NCBI GenBank assembly: GCA_949295915.1
Contig: CASFNB010000007.1
Location: 47,416-111,415, forward strand
Source: an uncultured Pseudomonadota bacterium
Lineage (GTDB): Bacteria; Pseudomonadota; Alphaproteobacteria; RF32; CAG-239
DNA length: 64,000 nucleotides
Direction of reading: 5' to 3'
Under the pieces are notes generated by a model. That model did not search any database. It was given only the letters and a program-made list of their open reading frames with translations, and had not been told where the DNA came from. This document shows, piece after piece, positions 55,662-64,000 of this stretch (the first letter of the stretch is position 1; the number at the start of each line of letters is the position of its first letter). A program made the position numbers and the translations under genes.

Positions 55662-58151
55662 TTAATATTCTGTTCCCAACATAAACTCATCTTCATCATT
55701 CGGCTGATAAATATCCGGCTCGGTAACTACAGGCTCTTCATTTCCGCCTACCGTTCCACCGCCGATTACGCGTTGCTTATTTTTATCGAAGCTATAATCG
55801 GGCTTTAATGCTTCTATGATAACAGATTTATCGGTCGGGGTTGCCGGACGTCCCGTATCATAATTAATACGAACCAATTTAATGCCGGTCGGAATACGGA
55901 ACGGAATATCCGGTTGATTAGCCAAGGCCTCTGCCATAAAGTTTTTGAAAATCGGCAAAGCTGCGGAAGCTCCGGTTTCATAACGACCTAAAGTACGCGG
56001 ATTGTCAAAGCCAACATAAGCGGCAACAACCAGATCCGGTGAAAAACCAACAAACCACGCATCTTGGCTATCATTTGACGTACCGGTTTTACCGCCCAAG
56101 TGTTTGTTGATTGAACGCAAACGCGCACCCGTTCCTCTTACGGCAACACCTTCCAAAATGGAGGTGATTTGATAAGCACTCAAAGGATCGACAATTTGTT
56201 CTCTAGCATCCGGCAACTGCGGAATTTCTTGGCCTTCTCCCCAAGCATCAACATTACAAGTTTCACATTCGCGTTTGTCTTGTTTTAAGATATTGCGGCC
56301 GTAACGATCTTGAATTTGCTCTACAAAATAAGGCTTAATATCTTTACCGCCATTAACCATGATACCATAGGCTCGTGCCATATCTATAACATGCGTTTCA
56401 CCTGCCCCCAAAGACATGGACAATAAATGCGGCAAGTGGTCATTTACACCAAGTTTTTTTGCATATTCGGCAACCTTATCCATACCTAAATCTTGAGCCA
56501 GCCGAACCGTCATCAGGTTTTTAGATTTTTCTACACCTTGACGCAAAGTCATCAAACCATAGAATTTTTTTGAATAGTTTTCCGGTTTCCATTTCGGCAA
56601 GCCCGGGCCTTGATCCAAAACAAAGGGCGCATCCAAAATTAAATCATTGGGAGAATAGCCATTATCAAATGCGGCCAAATAGACCACCGGTTTGAATGCC
56701 GAACCGGTTTGACGCAAAGCCTGAGTGGATCTGTTGTATTGCGATTTTTTGAAGTCATATCCGCCAACAGCCGCCAAAACTTTACCGGTATGCGGATCTA
56801 GCGCAAGCAAAGCACCTTCTACGTTCGGAATTTGGCGAAGATAATAGCTGTTATCACTCAGACCTTTAGCCTGAGCCGTTTTTTCCGAAACTTTTTCAAC
56901 CAAAATAACATCGCCTTTTGTCAAGACCTTCGTCATGCTATTCGGCTCATCCGTGATACCTTGGTTTTTCAAAGTTTTACGTGCCCATTTGGCGATAGAT
57001 AAAGGAATAATTCCTCTTTCTCCGAAAGCTGTTTCAATAACGGCTTTGTCGGTTACCACTTCCAAAACAACAGCTTTTTCCCAACCTTTTTTGGCGCCTC
57101 CGGGAATTTTAATTTCAGCTAAGGCTTCTTTGTATTTTTCATCAAGCGGAATATTAGTTAATGCGCCTCGGTATCCATGGCGTGTATCATAATTTTCAAT
57201 TTCTTGACGGAAAACTTTGGTAGCGATTTTTTGCAAACGCGGATCAACCGTGGTTCTGACAATCAAACCACCTTCATACAAAGCCTCTTTTCCAAATTTT
57301 TCACTGATTTCACGTCTGACTTCTTCACTGAAATATTCAGCATCTTGAATGAACTCATTATCGCGATCGATTGTTACGAGTGGTTTACTTTGCGCAATTT
57401 CAGCTTCTTCTTCGGTAATATAACCTTCTTCAAACATACGTTGAATCACCCAATTGCGGCGAGCAACGGCAGCATCATATTTGGTTTTAGGATTATAATT
57501 ATTCGGTCCTTTCGGTAATGCTGCCAAATATGCAACTTCTTCAATTTCCAACTTATCAAGCGGTTTACCGAAATAATTTAATGCGGCGGCAGCCACACCG
57601 TAAGAACGATTGCCTAAATAAATTTCATTTAAATATAATTCCAAAATATGATCTTTGGTAAAGGTTTGTTCCATACGCATGGCTAAAATGGCTTCTTTGA
57701 TTTTGCGCGTGTAAGACAATTCGGAAGAAAGCAAAAAGTTTTTTGCCACTTGTTGCGTAATGGTGGATGCTCCGGCCGGACGACGTCCGGTTCCAATATT
57801 TTTGATATTGCCGATTATGGCACGTGCAATTCCCAAGAAATCGACACCGGAGTGATGATAAAAGTTTTTATCTTCTGCAGAAATGAAAGCCTGCTTGACT
57901 CTTTCCGGAATCTTATCTACCGGAACAAACAAACGTTTTTCGCTGGCATATTCTTTCAGCAATTGACCATTGCCGGCATACAAGCGCGTTGTAACCGCAG
58001 GCTCATATTTTGCCAGCTGATGATAATCCGGTAATTGTTCCGAATATTCCCATAAAGAACTAATGACCAGTATGAATGCTATTACGGCAAAGAAAAAGCA
58101 TGTGCTTATCAATGAAGATAATGTTTTTAACATTTTACCTCTGTTTATCAT
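55662..58151 (-). CDS. mrcA: penicillin-binding protein 1A (bifunctional glycosyltransferase/transpeptidase)
   Basis: 829 aa. GT51 motifs (AEDKNFYHHSGVD, GASTITQQVAKN, RKIKEA), transpeptidase SAFKP and KTGTS. Confidence 0.9.
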   Translation of the reverse strand: MINRGKMLKTLSSLISTCFFFAVIAFILVISSLWEYSEQLPDYHQLAKYEPAVTTRLYAGNGQLLKEYASEKRLFVPVDKIPERVKQAFISAEDKNFYHHSGVDFLGIARAIIGNIKNIGTGRRPAGASTITQQVAKNFLLSSELSYTRKIKEAILAMRMEQTFTKDHILELYLNEIYLGNRSYGVAAAALNYFGKPLDKLEIEEVAYLAALPKGPNNYNPKTKYDAAVARRNWVIQRMFEEGYITEEEAEIAQSKPLVTIDRDNEFIQDAEYFSEEVRREISEKFGKEALYEGGLIVRTTVDPRLQKIATKVFRQEIENYDTRHGYRGALTNIPLDEKYKEALAEIKIPGGAKKGWEKAVVLEVVTDKAVIETAFGERGIIPLSIAKWARKTLKNQGITDEPNSMTKVLTKGDVILVEKVSEKTAQAKGLSDNSYYLRQIPNVEGALLALDPHTGKVLAAVGGYDFKKSQYNRSTQALRQTGSAFKPVVYLAAFDNGYSPNDLILDAPFVLDQGPGLPKWKPENYSKKFYGLMTLRQGVEKSKNLMTVRLAQDLGMDKVAEYAKKLGVNDHLPHLLSMSLGAGETHVIDMARAYGIMVNGGKDIKPYFVEQIQDRYGRNILKQDKRECETCNVDAWGEGQEIPQLPDAREQIVDPLSAYQITSILEGVAVRGTGARLRSINKHLGGKTGTSNDSQDAWFVGFSPDLVVAAYVGFDNPRTLGRYETGASAALPIFKNFMAEALANQPDIPFRIPTGIKLVRINYDTGRPATPTDKSVIIEALKPDYSFDKNKQRVIGGGTVGGNEEPVVTEPDIYQPNDEDEFMLGTEY

Positions 58152-58254
58152 GATAACTTATTAATATACGTATAGTTTATGCTTATAAAACATTTAATTT
58201 AAAATGCCAAAGCAATTTTTTATTTATTCAGAAATACACACAAGAAATGTTTGC

Positions 58255-59505
58255 TTAAAAGACGGATGCGTGTTGCATATTATCAAAATAACGGTTGATT
58301 GCTTTTACCGTAGCCTCACCCAACTTTTTGCGATAGGCTTTTTGTTGCAGCTGTTTTTCTTCCTGACGGTTGGAAAGATAACCCATCTCCAGCAAAACAG
58401 CCGGAACATCAGGACCTTTCAAAACGGCAAAACCGGCAAAACGGTGGGTGTTGTTGACAAGTTTCACTTTTTTCTTCATTTCTTCAACCATAAAACCGGC
58501 AAATTCCGAAGAGCGGTTCATGGTTTCTCTTTGCGCCAAGTTGATAAGGATATCGGAAACTTCTTTGGAATGTTCAACCAAATTAAGTCCGGCTATAACA
58601 TCAGCTTTATTTTCACGCTCAGCCAAAGCCGCTGCTTCCTTATCTGACGCGGTTTCGGACAAAGTATAAACAGACAACCCCGTTGCACTGCGATTTTTGG
58701 CACTATCGGCATGAAGTGACATGAACAAATCCGCCTTATATTTACGGGCAATTTTAACGCGATCGCGCAACGGAATGAATTTGTCGCTACTGCGCGTTAA
58801 ATAGACCTTGTATTTGCCGGTTTTATCAAGCAAAGCTTTCAATTCTCGCCCAAAAGCCAAGGTGATGTTTTTCTCATAGACACCAGAATAGCCAATGGCT
58901 CCGGGGTCGTGTCCGCCATGCCCCGGGTCAAGAACAATAATTTTTTTCTTATTACTGTCTTCTTTAATATATTGACGATTGGATGATGCCTTTTGCGACA
59001 TTTTGCTTTCTTTATAATTTTTGTTGGTAACAGCATGCGAGCTACCCAATCTGGAAGCAAATTCGCGCTCGGAAACAAGCTCTAAATCAATAACAAAACG
59101 CCAACCGAAGCTACTTTGCGGCGCAAGTAAGAAAGCTTTTTTTACAATGGCCGGTTTTTGCAAATCAAAAGCAATGCGCACGTCATCAACACCAACCGTC
59201 CCTAAGCGCAAATTTTTTACAAAAGCATTAGAATCCAAATCTTTGACAATTTTTGGGTTAACCTTTACGTTTTGCGTATCTACTATCAAACGGCGCGGTT
59301 CGCTTAGCAGAAAAACTTTATAGTCAAAACTTTGATCGGCATCAAAAACCAGACGCACACTTCCGACTCCTTGTCCAACACGCAAAGAGTTGATTCCGGC
59401 ACAAGCATTTGAAACATAAAAAAACATTCCATATACGACGAAAAAGACTGCCAATACAAGATTGCAGCCAATCTGTCCGAAATATTTTTTTACATTACAT
59501 AACAT
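58255..59505 (-). CDS. amiC: N-acetylmuramoyl-L-alanine amidase (AMIN domain + Amidase_3)
   Basis: 416 aa. N-terminal AMIN-like RLVFDADQSFDYKVFLLSEPRRLIVD and catalytic domain IIVLDPGHGGHDPGA...SLHADS...LLEMGYLSN. Confidence 0.85.
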   Translation of the reverse strand: MLCNVKKYFGQIGCNLVLAVFFVVYGMFFYVSNACAGINSLRVGQGVGSVRLVFDADQSFDYKVFLLSEPRRLIVDTQNVKVNPKIVKDLDSNAFVKNLRLGTVGVDDVRIAFDLQKPAIVKKAFLLAPQSSFGWRFVIDLELVSEREFASRLGSSHAVTNKNYKESKMSQKASSNRQYIKEDSNKKKIIVLDPGHGGHDPGAIGYSGVYEKNITLAFGRELKALLDKTGKYKVYLTRSSDKFIPLRDRVKIARKYKADLFMSLHADSAKNRSATGLSVYTLSETASDKEAAALAERENKADVIAGLNLVEHSKEVSDILINLAQRETMNRSSEFAGFMVEEMKKKVKLVNNTHRFAGFAVLKGPDVPAVLLEMGYLSNRQEEKQLQQKAYRKKLGEATVKAINRYFDNMQHASVF

Positions 59506-60004
59506 TCAGAGCTCTCAAAAAAAACTTATCTAGTGCTAACATCATTTATTATACGGGATTACTTATTACCAATCTCTTAAAAAAAATCGGAATAAAATAA
59601 TAATTAGTTGTTGAGTTTTAAAACATTTCGTATATTTTAATGATGTCGGAACGGTTTTATATATTTGCCAGCCCTTAAGTAAATAATCAATAAAAAAAAT
59701 GGGCGCATTGAAAAATTTTAACCAAACCCGATAAAAGAAAAGTTTTTTTTGCCGGATGATATCCGCCCTGCTGGCTTTGTAGGAAAAGAGTTTGAGAGTT
59801 TAAGCCCAGCAGAAAAAAAGAGTTTTTTATATATGCAGCCGTGCTTTTATATGCGAAGTGCTGTAGTTTTGAGCGAATTTATAGAGGGGAAAGTTTAAAC
59901 TTTTCTTACGCTCGTAAATATATACTAAATTTCTTGGCATTCTCCTCCGGCAGCGGATAAATTTATTTCACATTATTATATGTGAACGGACGGAGTTATT
60001 ATAT
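59506..60004 (+). promoter_or_regulatory. long structured leader upstream of rne (candidate autoregulatory 5' UTR)
   Basis: A 499-nt non-coding gap with several hairpins, e.g. CTGCTGGCTT...AAGCCCAGCAG (about 59770-59812), GAGCG..CGCTC (about 59872-59915) and CACAT-tatta-ATGTG (about 59970-59985). Confidence 0.35.
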
Positions 60005-62614
60005 ATGACTAAAAGAATGTTGATTGACAGCACGCAAGAGGAAGAAACCCGCGTTGTTGTCATTGATGGAAATAAACTCGAAGATGTTGAGTTTGAAACT
60101 TGCCACCGCAAACAAATTAAAGGTAATATCTATTTAGCCAAAGTTATGCGTGTGGAGCCTTCTCTTCAAGCATGTTTTGTTGATTATGGCGGGAACAAGC
60201 ACGGATTTTTGGCTTTTGGCGAAATTCATCCCGATTATTATAATTTACCGCAAGAGCAAATTGATGCCATTGATAAAGAAGTAAATGATATTATTGAGGC
60301 TAAAAAACAAGCCTTGAAAGAACGCGAAGCCGAAAGAGAGCGTATTCGCGCCGAAAAAGCTACCGCTTATGCTCAAAAAATGGCAGAAAAAGCCAAAGCT
60401 GAAGCTGAAGCGCAAGCTCTGGAAGAACAACGCCTGACCGAAGAGCAAAATGCTTCCGAAAACAATTCCGAAGTTCAAGCGCAAGCCGGTGAAGAAACTC
60501 AAGCAAATGTTGAGCCAGCTCAAGTTCAACCCGAAAACGAATCTGAACATGTCAACACAGAAGATACGGATGCTAAAGCTCAAGAAGTTGTTGAACAAAC
60601 AGAAATTGTCGGAGCTGCTCCCGAATTGACACCGGAACAAGCGCAAGCCGTTGTTGAAGTTGTTAATGACAAAATCACCGATGAAGAAATTGCAGCCGAA
60701 GCTGAAGAAGGTGGTAAAAAACACCCCTTGAAAAAACGTGTTGCCAAAAAAAGAATCCGCAAGAAAAAAGAAGAAAAAAAAGAAGAACTCAAAGTTTTGG
60801 CGGAAGATACCGGCTTAGCTGATGAAGAACAAATTTCTGATGAAGTTGAAGAATGCGAATCTCAAACCTCACAAACCGAAACAAACGCAAGTAAAGTTGC
60901 TTCCGTCAACGATAACATCAATGAAGATGATGACGATGATGAGGATGATACCGACGACGACGATGATGATGAGTTGGAAATGGATTTTGAGTTACAAAGA
61001 AAACTTCTTCGCGCACGTAAACTTTATCATTCCAGCAAAATTCAAGATGTTATCAAAGAAGGACAAATCCTTCTCATTCAGGTTGTAAAAGAAGAACGCG
61101 GTAACAAAGGCGCAGCACTTACAACTTATCTTTCTTTGGCCGGTCGTTATTGCGTTTTGATGCCAAACCGCATCAAAAGCGGCGGCGTTTCTCGCAAAAT
61201 TACCAATGTTGCCGACCGTAAGCGTCTTAAAGCCATTGTTAAAGAATTGCCGCTTTCTACCGATATGTCTTTGATTGTTCGTACTGCCGGTGAAGAAAAA
61301 ACACGCGCCGATATTGTTCGTGACTATAACTACCTCATTCGCAGCTGGAATCTTATCCGTTTAGCGGCCTTGAAAGGTAAAACGCCTTCCATGATTCATG
61401 AAGAAGGCAACCTTATCAAACGTGCGTTGCGCGATATTTACACCAAAGATATTTCCGAAGTGATTGTTGCCGGTGATGAAGGTTATAAAACCGCTCGCGA
61501 TTTTTGCCGTATTCTTTCTCCAAATAATGTGAAGAAGATTAAAAACTATCGTAACAACGATATGCCTTTGTTCCAACGTTTTCAGGTTGAAGGACAATTA
61601 GATAAACTTCATGAAGCCAATGCTCAACTCGAATCCGGCGGATATTTGGTGATTAATCCGACCGAGGCTTTGGTTTCCATTGATGTGAACTCCGGTCGTG
61701 CCACCAAAGAAAAAGATTTGGAAGAAACTGCGCTTAAAACAAACTTGGAAGCCTGCGATGAAATTGCTCGTCAGCTCCGTTTGCGTAACTTGGCAGGCTT
61801 GGTTGTGGTGGACTTCATTGATATGGAAGATCCGGCTAACAATCATGCCGTCGAAAAACGTATGAAAGAAGCCTTGAAAAAAGATCGTTCACGCATTCAG
61901 GTTGCTAAAATGAGCTGCTTTGGCTTATTGGAAATTTCTCGTCAAAGAATGCACTCCTCCTTTATGGAAAGTAACTATCAAGTTTGTCCGTATTGCCACG
62001 GTCAAGGCATGGTCAGAACACTTGAATCCAGCACCGTTTTTGTTTTGCGCGGTATTGAAGAAGAAGGAATCCGTAATCGTTCTTCTCAAATTAATGTTTA
62101 TGTTCCTTCCAATGTGGCTATTCATCTTTTGAACCACAAGCGTCAGACTTTGCTTAATTTGGAACAAAAATACAAGATGAGCATTATTATCTGCGCCGAT
62201 GATTCAATCTTGAACATTACCGATTACAGAATTGAAAAAGTTAAAGGTATTGTTAAAGAAGAAGCTGCAATGACCAAAGCTGTTGTTGAAAATATCGATG
62301 ATACTTCTTGGGAAGAACAAGAGGACAATAACGAACCGGAAGTTGATGTTTCTGACGATAATTCCGGCGAAGAAAATAACAGTCGTCGCGACAGACGCAT
62401 TAATCGCCGTCGTGACAGGCGCAACCGCCGCGGAAGAGATCGCCGTCGCAATAACAATGATTATGACAACAAAGAAAATACCGAGGGAAAAAAGCAAGAA
62501 GCCGTGATTTTGTATGACAGTCATGATGATGCTAAAGCTTCGGGCGGAGAATCTGATAACCAAGAAACTCCGCAAAAGAAAACCGCATGGTGGAAAAAAC
62601 TGATTAAAAGTTAA
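60005..62614 (+). CDS. rne: ribonuclease E with a low-complexity insertion in the S1 domain and a short Arg-rich tail
   Basis: MLIDSTQEEETRVVVIDGNKLEDVEFE...GNIYLAKVMRVEPSLQACFVDYG, then an insertion of about 250 aa (E/A/K-rich, poly-D), then ILLIQVVKEERGNKGAALTT, DVNSG, and the Zn-link CPYCHGQG. Confidence 0.9.
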   Translation: MTKRMLIDSTQEEETRVVVIDGNKLEDVEFETCHRKQIKGNIYLAKVMRVEPSLQACFVDYGGNKHGFLAFGEIHPDYYNLPQEQIDAIDKEVNDIIEAKKQALKEREAERERIRAEKATAYAQKMAEKAKAEAEAQALEEQRLTEEQNASENNSEVQAQAGEETQANVEPAQVQPENESEHVNTEDTDAKAQEVVEQTEIVGAAPELTPEQAQAVVEVVNDKITDEEIAAEAEEGGKKHPLKKRVAKKRIRKKKEEKKEELKVLAEDTGLADEEQISDEVEECESQTSQTETNASKVASVNDNINEDDDDDEDDTDDDDDDELEMDFELQRKLLRARKLYHSSKIQDVIKEGQILLIQVVKEERGNKGAALTTYLSLAGRYCVLMPNRIKSGGVSRKITNVADRKRLKAIVKELPLSTDMSLIVRTAGEEKTRADIVRDYNYLIRSWNLIRLAALKGKTPSMIHEEGNLIKRALRDIYTKDISEVIVAGDEGYKTARDFCRILSPNNVKKIKNYRNNDMPLFQRFQVEGQLDKLHEANAQLESGGYLVINPTEALVSIDVNSGRATKEKDLEETALKTNLEACDEIARQLRLRNLAGLVVVDFIDMEDPANNHAVEKRMKEALKKDRSRIQVAKMSCFGLLEISRQRMHSSFMESNYQVCPYCHGQGMVRTLESSTVFVLRGIEEEGIRNRSSQINVYVPSNVAIHLLNHKRQTLLNLEQKYKMSIIICADDSILNITDYRIEKVKGIVKEEAAMTKAVVENIDDTSWEEQEDNNEPEVDVSDDNSGEENNSRRDRRINRRRDRRNRRGRDRRRNNNDYDNKENTEGKKQEAVILYDSHDDAKASGGESDNQETPQKKTAWWKKLIKS

Positions 62615-62618
62615 AACC

Positions 62619-63977
62619 ATGTCAAAACAAAGTTTCATAAAACGGCTATTGTGCAGATTTTTTCTGCCTTTAGCCGTTTTGGCTTTTATGAGCAATAATG
62701 CTCAGGCTATCAGCCTTATCTCTGATGAAGAAACCGAACTTTTTTTACAAAAAATTACCGCACCTATTTTTAAGGCGGCCGGTCTTCCCTATAATCGCAA
62801 CAAAGTATTTATTGTTAATGATGATACACTGAACGCTTTTGTCAGCGACGGGAACTATCTTTTTATCAATACGGGAACCATTGTTGCCGCCGATGATGCA
62901 GAAGAATTGAGCGGCGTTATTGCTCATGAAACCGGACATATTACCGGAGGACATATCATCACACAAAAAATCAAGGCACAAGAGATGCAACGTGTCAGTC
63001 TTGCTTCCATGATTTTGGCTGGCGGAGCAGCTGCCGCCAGCGGTGACGGGAATGTGGCTATGGCAGTGGCCTTGGGTAGCCAATCTTCCATGATGACAAA
63101 CTATTTTCGTTATCGCACAGAGCAAGAGCGCAGTGCTGACGAAAGTGCCGTAACTTTTTTGAAAAAAACACAACAATCGCCAACAGGCTTATATCGTTTT
63201 ATGAAAAAAATTAATCACGATAACGAGATGAGCGGTGTTGAAGAAACACCTTATTTCAGAACGCACCCCATGAACCAAGAACGATTAAAGTTTTTGGAAA
63301 AAGCCGTTAAAGAATCGCCTTATCCGGCAAACAAAGCTCATCAAGAAGAGTTTTCTCGCATTCAAGCCAAGCTGTTTGCCTTTTTATCCGAACCGAAAGA
63401 AACTTTTAGAAAATATCCTTTGCAAAATACATCTGTTGCTGCGCAATATGCTCAAGCCATTGCCTTTTATAAGTTATTAAATATGAATCAGGCGATCCGA
63501 TTGATAAATGGTTTAATTGCCAAAGAACCAGACAATCCGTTTTTTCATGAACTAAAAGCGCAAATGTATATGGAAACCGGAAATGTCAACCAAGCCAAAA
63601 CAGAATATCAAAAAGCTTTGAAACTACTTCCGACTGCTGCTTCTTTGCAAATTTCTCTAGCGCAAGCAACTTTAGAAACCGAGCCGACACCCGCAGAGCT
63701 TAAAAACATTATCAATATTTTGAACAAAGCTAACATATCGCAGCCTTCTTCTATGGGCTGGATGTTGCTTTCCAGAGCTTACGGCATGCAAGGCAACCGA
63801 GCTTATTCCACCTATGCCGCGGCTGGTTACAGTTCTGCCATCGGAGAATATAAAACAGCATTAAAACAATTAGATGCAGCGAAAGAATATGCAAAAGGAA
63901 ATCCGGCATTGCTTTTAAAAATAGCTGATTTAGAGAATCGCATAAAACCTTTGAGCGAACGTCAACGTCGTTATTAA
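62619..63977 (+). CDS. M48-family metalloprotease with C-terminal TPR repeats (BepA/YfgC-like)
   Basis: Signal peptide, HETGHITGGH (HExxH), and a TPR-like C-terminal half. Starts 4 nt after the rne stop. Confidence 0.8.
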   Translation: MSKQSFIKRLLCRFFLPLAVLAFMSNNAQAISLISDEETELFLQKITAPIFKAAGLPYNRNKVFIVNDDTLNAFVSDGNYLFINTGTIVAADDAEELSGVIAHETGHITGGHIITQKIKAQEMQRVSLASMILAGGAAAASGDGNVAMAVALGSQSSMMTNYFRYRTEQERSADESAVTFLKKTQQSPTGLYRFMKKINHDNEMSGVEETPYFRTHPMNQERLKFLEKAVKESPYPANKAHQEEFSRIQAKLFAFLSEPKETFRKYPLQNTSVAAQYAQAIAFYKLLNMNQAIRLINGLIAKEPDNPFFHELKAQMYMETGNVNQAKTEYQKALKLLPTAASLQISLAQATLETEPTPAELKNIINILNKANISQPSSMGWMLLSRAYGMQGNRAYSTYAAAGYSSAIGEYKTALKQLDAAKEYAKGNPALLLKIADLENRIKPLSERQRRY

Positions 63978-64000
63978 ATAAAAACAATCATTTATATCAT

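Overview
About 64 kb of chromosome from an AT-rich bacterium. Several features point to Alphaproteobacteria: a PopZ/DUF2497 protein beside tolC and valS, a GAAC-N7-GAAC SOS box, a prfB-mrcA-amiC-rne block, and RNase E with a large insertion in its S1 domain. The gene set looks anaerobic or host-associated: flavodiiron protein, PerR, rubrerythrin, nitroreductase, PFK/GAPDH/PGK/enolase glycolysis and glycogen phosphorylase. Most of the window is housekeeping, including cysS, gltX, valS, argS, rpsU, eno, gap-pgk, glgP, prfB with its classical +1 frameshift, PBP1A, AmiC, rne, tolC and umuDC. Five accessory or unusual parts stand out. (1) An ~12 kb podovirus-type head/tail-tube/lysis cluster at 38.2-50.6 kb has no integrase, replication genes, tail fibre or large internal core proteins. 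It has host-like base composition and a promoter-then-terminator element in front of its late operon, so it is either a prophage remnant or a candidate domesticated GTA-like element. (2) A very AT-rich block at 16.8-23.5 kb holds three divergent tandem membrane paralogues, an actinobacterial/archaeal-type valS, and a stand-alone RiPP-like pair. The pair is a 28-codon cysteine-free peptide gene, a strong hairpin, and an RRE-radical SAM-SPASM enzyme with an atypical CX5CX2C motif and an apparent frameshift at its 5' end. (3) A composite hairpin-rich repeat family occurs at three loci. Two loci sit directly upstream of paralogous secreted Cys-rich proteins with swapped C-terminal domains, and one overwrites the 3' end of argS. 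(4) umuD is born already truncated to the UmuD-prime form and has lost the Ser/Lys catalytic dyad. (5) A CI/LexA-like regulator next to the phage cluster has also lost the dyad. I found no rRNA, tRNA or CRISPR. All calls come from reading the sequence and ORF translations by eye, with no database search.
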